In this document: positions 57,365 through 64,000 of the stretch, in pieces
How positions within the stretch are numbered: position 1 is the stretch's first letter
Layout of the letters: each line of letters begins with the position of its first letter
Source of the DNA: Octopus vulgaris
Lineage: Eukaryota
NCBI GenBank assembly: GCA_951406725.2
Contig: OX597832.1
Location: 46,314,001-46,378,000, forward strand
Direction of reading: 5' to 3'
DNA length: 64,000 nucleotides
Program-made: the position numbers and the translations under genes
Notes under the pieces: generated by a model
What the model saw: only the letters and a program-made list of their open reading frames with translations
Database searches by the model: none
What the model was told of the DNA's origin: nothing

Positions 57365-60300
57365 CGTATATGTATAGAATTACATGTATGTGCGTGCGTG
57401 TGCGTGCTTACTGATTTTATATGTCTATTCTTTTCTTATAAAATTGTGCATATCTTGACTTTAACTGTATTCTATTGTTGATGGAAATGGTCTATATCCG
57501 GTTCATCTCGATAATTTTCAGAATGCACCCGTACATTTATTTCTGCCGATACAGTATTTTTGTGACGGATTTCACTTTCGTATATTTCATATACATCAAT
57601 GCCAAAATACAGATACCAATCTTAAATTATTGAATCATATCGTTATCTCTACGTATATATATATATCTGTATTGTTTGATATTTTATATTTTGTTTTTAA
57701 TCGTTCCTATTTGGTTCTAGAATGATTTACGATGTGTCAATATAAATTTTTCTCGTGTTTCCTTGCTATGTTTAAACGACCATCAGTATAAACTTTTGTA
57801 ATGTACAAATTGAAATAGATTAAGGAATCAAACTTGAAGCTAAATTTATAGAATATATATATGTGTATACATCATGATCTCTCATGAAATACTATTCGTT
57901 GATTTTGTTGTTCATAAAGCAACGTTATCGCTGGATATTATTATTCAAGAAAAATAATTTATATGTTTCTTTTTTCACGTTTTTCTTTTCGCTCGTACTT
58001 GCTTTTAGATTTTATACTTCACAACCACGTGAGCTTGTTAGCTTCAATGTTCTTTGTGATGCCTTTTCTCTCATATATTGCATAAGCACCGTCCCCATAA
58101 ATATAAGGAGGAATTCTGCTTTAAGTACGCCATATAACACTTCGTAACTTTTTTTTTATAATTTGGAATTTATAGAAATTTTTTGCGTGTTTGTATTCTA
58201 CACACGGGATTTGACATGGCTACGAAAAAATTTTAATTTTACGAAATTAATAATTTCATATTAAACCACAGTTTAAAATACGGGCAGACTGAATTTTGGT
58301 TTTAAATCTCAGCATTAGACCATTAAATGTGTTTATGGGCAGGAAGATATTGAACCAAGTCAATATGTCAGACTGACAAACAAACAGCGAGGTGGTCATG
58401 AGATGTGGTAGAAATAAGAGCTAAACAACCCTTAAATCACGTACCAAGTATAGTTTTTTTTAATTTGTGCATAATCGTATGAATTCACTTGCGTAGAACA
58501 CAAATTCCTCAAATTTTCTGACAACTGAAAAAAATATTAATAGGTTATGAGGGCTTATATGGCGTGCTTAGAGCAGTATTCCGCCAAATATAATTTTTAT
58601 ACACAGCGAATATAAGCGAATGAACTATAGAAACATTGAAAAAAAAATATCCGCAGTGAAGAAAGAAGCTGAAAAAATGGCTCGAGCTCAGAATAGTCAC
58701 CCTGGAAGGCAGTCATAGAATCCTACGAATCACAGAAAAGTGCCTTCTCTCTGTTGTGATCATGCGTTTATAGGCGCAGCTATTGTTTAGGCCCATTCAT
58801 TTGGAGGACATTCGTCATATTTACCAATATCTGTGTTAATTAACAGGAAGAGGGTCTCTTTCTCTCCATCTTTATTTGTCTCAACAAGTGTTTATTGCGG
58901 ACGTTGAGGAAATCTCGACCGAAGCGGAAAGAATCTGTGGTTAAACATTTAAAACCAATACATCATACAGCTTTCCTTTATAATCTCCAACACTTCAATT
59001 TCTACGGTTCTTAGTGTTAAAAGCAGCCATCGTCTTTTCTAATAAGATGTCAATCAAGATCTCTAGTTACGACTGCAATTGTCTAAGTATCAAAAATATT
59101 AAATAAAACCACAGACACAAGACAGTACATACTTTCATTTACACGGAATGTGACAAGTAGCAACTTGATTTGATGGAAGTGTAGTTGCACAAAATTTCGT
59201 GTTAAATGAAATTTGAAGAACAATGTATATGACAAGCTGAATGTATATGATATGTTGTTCACACGGATCGTCACAGTAATGACGATCCTGTATTTGTAGT
59301 ATAGTTCGTAAGCTACATACCACAAATATTATGCATAGTCGATAAAATTAACATGAACTATTAATTGAAAATGTGATTATAGAAGTCGAATTAGCGACAG
59401 AAAAAGCATACTTTAGTTTTATTTTTAAAAGAAATAGCTCCATTTCTATATATCACCAATCTTTTGTGTCCAAAGCGTAACGAATCTAACTCATATTTAG
59501 GGCAGCAATGAAATATTGCATATATAGTGATCATTTATTGAAGAAGTTACAAAAAGTTTCGCGATTTACATTGATACATTTAACGGATGAGAATTCATTT
59601 GAATCATGAATATACAATATTTATACCCTTATTTCGAATATAAAGATGGCTGTTCCTTTGGGTTTGAATCTAATAACGGGTAGTAGATTGATATGCATTG
59701 TTCCCACAAATATGACACACTACGTTTTGCGTAATGATAAATAATACTCGTCGTGCCTGCTTCGAGAATTGCTAATGTCTACATGACAAGGGAATAATCT
59801 GAATGTATTGATAAGAGTAAATTAAAAAAAACATTACATATAAGCTAGTATGTGCAATATCTGTTATAGTAATATAGCAGTATCTTAGTCTACATTGACT
59901 ATAAATCAGACAAGTGAATAAAAGGGAAAGACGAAAAGTTGAATTGTGGGAGCAGAGGAACAGAAATAAAATATCAACTGTATTTTGAAGGATACGTTAA
60001 ATTGTCATTTAGTATGAGAGGAAGAAATAGTGAGAATGGCGGAAGCAAGGACAAGTCGGAAGAGTAAGTGTTAAGGGCTCGTGGTCTGAGCGAAGAGAAC
60101 TTAAAAGTAATCCCAAAGATGTTGACCAAATTTGAGGGTTTAGGAGGCGGGACTTTTAGAATGTGAACTTGAGTGAAATCTATTAATTTCAGTTAGGCAA
60201 AAGCTATCATTATTATTATTACATTTACTGTTACTGACAGAATTATTAACGCAATTAATAGTCCGTGAAGATGTTATTTCAGAATTTAGGAATAAAAATT

Positions 60301-60447
60301 GAAAACAAATATTGAAAATATATTCCATTAGATCTTGAAATCAATGAGAGAGAAAATAAAAGAATTCTACGACAGTGTTTTCTAAAGATAAAGCTTATAC
60401 GAATAAGAAATGTAAAAGCGTAAAGAGAAAGTATATATATATAAATA

Positions 60448-60546
60448 CGACAGTACATATTCTAAAATTGGAATGATACAGAGAAGGTTAGCATAGCCCC
60501 TGCTCAAGGTTGACACGCAAATTCGTGAAGCGTTCGAACATGTTTT
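60448..60546 (+). pseudogene. U6: U6 snRNA retro-pseudogene, 5'-truncated
   Basis: CAGTACATATTCTAAAATTGGAATGATACAGAGAAGGTTAGCATAGCCCCTGCTCAAGGTTGACACGCAAATTCGTGAAGCGTTC...TTTT matches metazoan U6 (ACAGAGA box, AGC triad). About 8 substitutions versus vertebrate U6 as I recall it; first ~10 nt missing. Confidence 0.95.
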
Positions 60547-60969
60547 ATAGGCGCAGGAGTGGCTGTGTGATGAGTAGCTTGCTTATCAACCACATGGTTC
60601 CGAGTTCGGTCCCACTGCGGAGCACCTTGGGCAAGTATCTTCTACTAGAGCCTCGGGCCGACCAACGCCTTGTGAGTGGATTTGGTAGACGGAAACTGAA
60701 AGAAGCCTGTCATGTATATGTATATATGTATATGTATCTGTGTGTATATGTTTGTGTGTCTGTGTTTGTCGCCCCAACATCACTTGACAACCGATACTGG
60801 TGTATTTACATCCATGTAACTTAGCGGTTCGGCACAAGAGAGCGACAGAATAAGTACTAGGCTTACAAAGAATAAGTTTTGGGATCGATTAGCTCGACTA
60901 TAGGCGGTGCTTCTGCATGGCCGCAGTCAAATGACTGAAAAAAAGTAAAACAGTAAAAGACTAAAAGAG
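60547..60969 (+). mobile_element. SINE family A, full length, abutting the U6 3' end
   Basis: ATAGGCGCAGGAGTGGCTGTG ... GTAAAACAGTAAAAGACTAAAAGAG. Confidence 0.92.
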
Positions 60970-61090
60970 ACACATACATACATATATAATACTTACATAC
61001 ACACACATACACACACACAGATATATGAATATATAATCTCATAAACCGGCATTCCTCGGTCTTCTTTCAGATTTATGATTTTTGCAAACG

Positions 61091-61159
<69 letters not shown>

Positions 61160-61736
61160 AGTGTGTTTGTGTGTATATATACATAATAAACATTTTGCCT
61201 TTTGCTTTACAAACATTTCTTGAATACCTTCCAGACTCAAACGCGTCGCAATAAAATTTTCTACAGTAATAAAAGTATAAACGAATAAGCGAATATACGA
61301 ACGAATGCCTGAATAAATAGAGAAATAAAAAAAATGAAAAAAATAAATAATTTGAACGAGTGAATAGTTAAATGAATATATAAATATAAATAAATATATA
61401 AATAAATAAAATGGTGTTGTTTATTACGCGGATCGTTTTATTCACGAAAAATCACACTCGTCTTTCTCGCTTAGATGAAATTATTTAAGTAGTAAAATGG
61501 GATACATGCTAAATTTAGTATGATCGATAATAACAGGAACAAGGTACGTCAACACATAATTTATCGCGTTTCAGTTTTCCCCATCGTCAACCTTAGTCTC
61601 ATATGAATCTATCGAATCAAAAATGCGATCTGTATTTTAATACATTTCTGTAGGACATACGCAAGTATTCAAACAACTAGGCATATTTCTTTATCACATA
61701 TTGTGTATTTAAATATTGTGTGTTTACATTTAGCGG

Positions 61737-61853
61737 TAGAGGCGCAATCGCCCGGTGGTTAGGGCAGCGGACTCGCGGTCGTAGGAGGGCGCTTTCGATT
61801 CCCAGACCTGGTGTTGTGAGTGTTTATTGACCGAAAAGACCTAAAGCTCCACG
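61737..61853 (+). mobile_element. SINE C head only
   Basis: GAGGCGCAATCGCCCGGTGGTTAGGGCAGCGGACTCGCGGTC...CTAAAGCTCCACGA. Confidence 0.85.
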
Positions 61854-62735
61854 ACATATTTTGTATGACTCAGATATTTTTAAATGGTGAGGCGTAACAC
61901 ATTTAAGAAAATAAATAAAAGAAGACAACGTTATAAGTCATTGAAATAATTTTGGCTGAGTCGAAAACGTCATTAGCATTAATTATTAAATTAATTATTA
62001 AAATGAAACAGAGAAAAGTCAGAAAACCGGATTATTTACAAAAGGAACGATGGTCTACTGTACAAATAGAAACTGTATTCGTACTGACAGATACGGAAAA
62101 ATTTCGGGATTATTACACCTCCTCACATAAAATTATTTTACCCGTAGATGGGACTTTTGAAATGATTAGAAGATGTATAGATTGTAATGAACATAATAAT
62201 AATAGAAGAGAACATCCTAGGTTCGAATTCTACACACATACTGGTAGCTTGAATTTTGTTTTCTTTAGAATTTACTGAACTCATTTTCTTTGTGAATCGA
62301 CGAGATTAAAAGAAATACTTGTGTAATCTTTATATAATTCATAAACATCGTAAATATAATTGGATGGGACTAAGATATCAAATTAAATTATTCAATTAAA
62401 ATAGATTACATTCTTAGGTATGATAAACAAACGTTGTCTTCAGCAATCAATTCTAACGTGGGGGAAAGGAAGAAAACTTTTCTTCTTTAATTTAAAACTT
62501 ATAGAAAGGAAGGGGAACACTTATATATTATTTACATGATATAATTAAAATTTAGGCGGATGCAGCGGAGGCCACGTTTGATTCCGTTAAAAGTACACGA
62601 ATATTCTCACTTTCGCCCTCACACACATACATACACAGAAACGCACCCACACACACGATTATATATTAAAGTTGGCCAGCTGCACCTCTTATATGCGTGT
62701 GTTTATCTTTCTCTCTGTGTCTGTTTTCACCTCCC

Positions 62736-62770
<35 letters not shown>

Positions 62771-62774
<4 letters not shown>

Positions 62775-62777
62775 ATG

Positions 62778-62822
<45 letters not shown>

Positions 62823-63017
62823 CTTAGAGCGAGCTATAAACAGTAGCTGCAACACATCGTGGCGTATAGTTGCCATTAAAATATGGCTAACCCCTAAGGG
62901 TGGATGCTACTGTAGTTTGTAGCCCCAGGAGGACACCTCCTCCACCTGGCTTTAGACACACTTTCTGTGCCCTATCAGTATTTGCAAAGGGAAGCCATCC
63001 TTCCCGTCTTCAACTTA
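62771..63017 (-). mobile_element. Single-arm relative of the 12.8-kb foldback family, ending in a TAA/TTA tract
   Basis: 62821-63017 aligns to the reverse complement of about 13047-13247, including the extension segment. Confidence 0.85.
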
Positions 63018-63929
63018 TACATATATATATATATATACATACATACATACATACATATATATATATATATGTACATATATATATATATGTGTGTGTGTGT
63101 GTATGTATGTATGTATGGGATACGTCTGCGTGTGAGTATTTGTGTGTGCGTGTGTATGTGTATGTATGTATGTTAGTGTTTGCCAAATGCGTGTATATAA
63201 ATTATTGTATCTCATAAGGACTAAACTTAGATATTTTGATACACTTGTTTGTTTTTTCTTTGAAGAATATATTCTTCCAGTAGATAAACCTTCACTTCAA
63301 AATTTGCGAGGCTGAACAGTGCAAGTCGCCTTTTCCCAATGATGGACAGCGTTTAAGAGTATTTTTGACGGGCATAATCATTTTTCACGTTTCTATGGTC
63401 ACAGACATTGTGACAGTAACAGGCGCACATGAAAGACATAAAACAACACTAATTACATTTATATATACAATAAAATTAAATAAAGAACCATTTTATTTTC
63501 AGAAACACTTGCAGTACATAACTGACTGGACGTTGCTGTCACATTTGTAATATTTTGATATTTTCTAAGCTTATATATATATATATATATATTTATGAGA
63601 TTTTATATCCCTTTCTTTCTTTTATATGATGGACGGTTTCTAAAATTCATTTTAAAATTCCCGTGAACGGTTCACTTGCTTGAACACCCCGCTCACTGGT
63701 CTCTTTTCGGTTGCTTTTATTGAAGTTTGTTGTCAGTTCAATCTAGGAGAGAACTGTGTTAAGGGGAAATGTGTAGTAAACCCTGACTGATATGTTTGTT
63801 TTATTGTAAAGGGAGACTTTGTGCTCTACATCTTTTAGTAATTTTTTTTCCGATAGCAATGAGGGTAATGTGCCACTTATTACTAGTACATAAGCAGGCT
63901 GTATAGATGACATCTAAATGAAATAAATA

Positions 63930-64000
63930 GGCGTAGGAGTGGCTGTGTGGTAAGTAGCTTGTTTACCAACCACATGGTTCCGGGTTCAGTCCCACTGCGT
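63930..64000 (+). mobile_element. SINE family A head, cut by the window end
   Basis: GGCGTAGGAGTGGCTGTGTGGTAAGTAGCTTG... Confidence 0.9.

Noticed and set aside
60448-60546. Functional U6 gene
   Set aside because: The 5' stem-loop is truncated, there are several substitutions in conserved positions, and I see no recognisable upstream promoter.

Overview
AT-rich, repeat-dense eukaryotic DNA, intergenic or intronic. I found no credible host protein-coding exon; nearly all ORF-track entries are translated microsatellites or SINE text. The repeat complement resembles an octopod cephalopod genome (my recognition, not verified). It has several tRNA-headed SINE families (my labels A-D), long TA/TG/TATG/TCTA/AAT/TCAC tracts, a CR1-like LINE 3' end, a non-autonomous Helitron, a probable decayed hAT transposase and one 100-N gap. 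Most notable: (1) several unrelated short elements, mostly in or beside simple repeats, carry minimal type-I hammerhead-ribozyme motifs with palindromic stem III. Three form foldback structures typical of Penelope-like element ends, and in one the inverted copy stops at the predicted GUC cleavage triplet. (2) A U6 snRNA retrocopy is joined directly to the 5' end of a full-length SINE. (3) Two SINE heads and two SINE tails occur in all four combinations. All family assignments are by eye.
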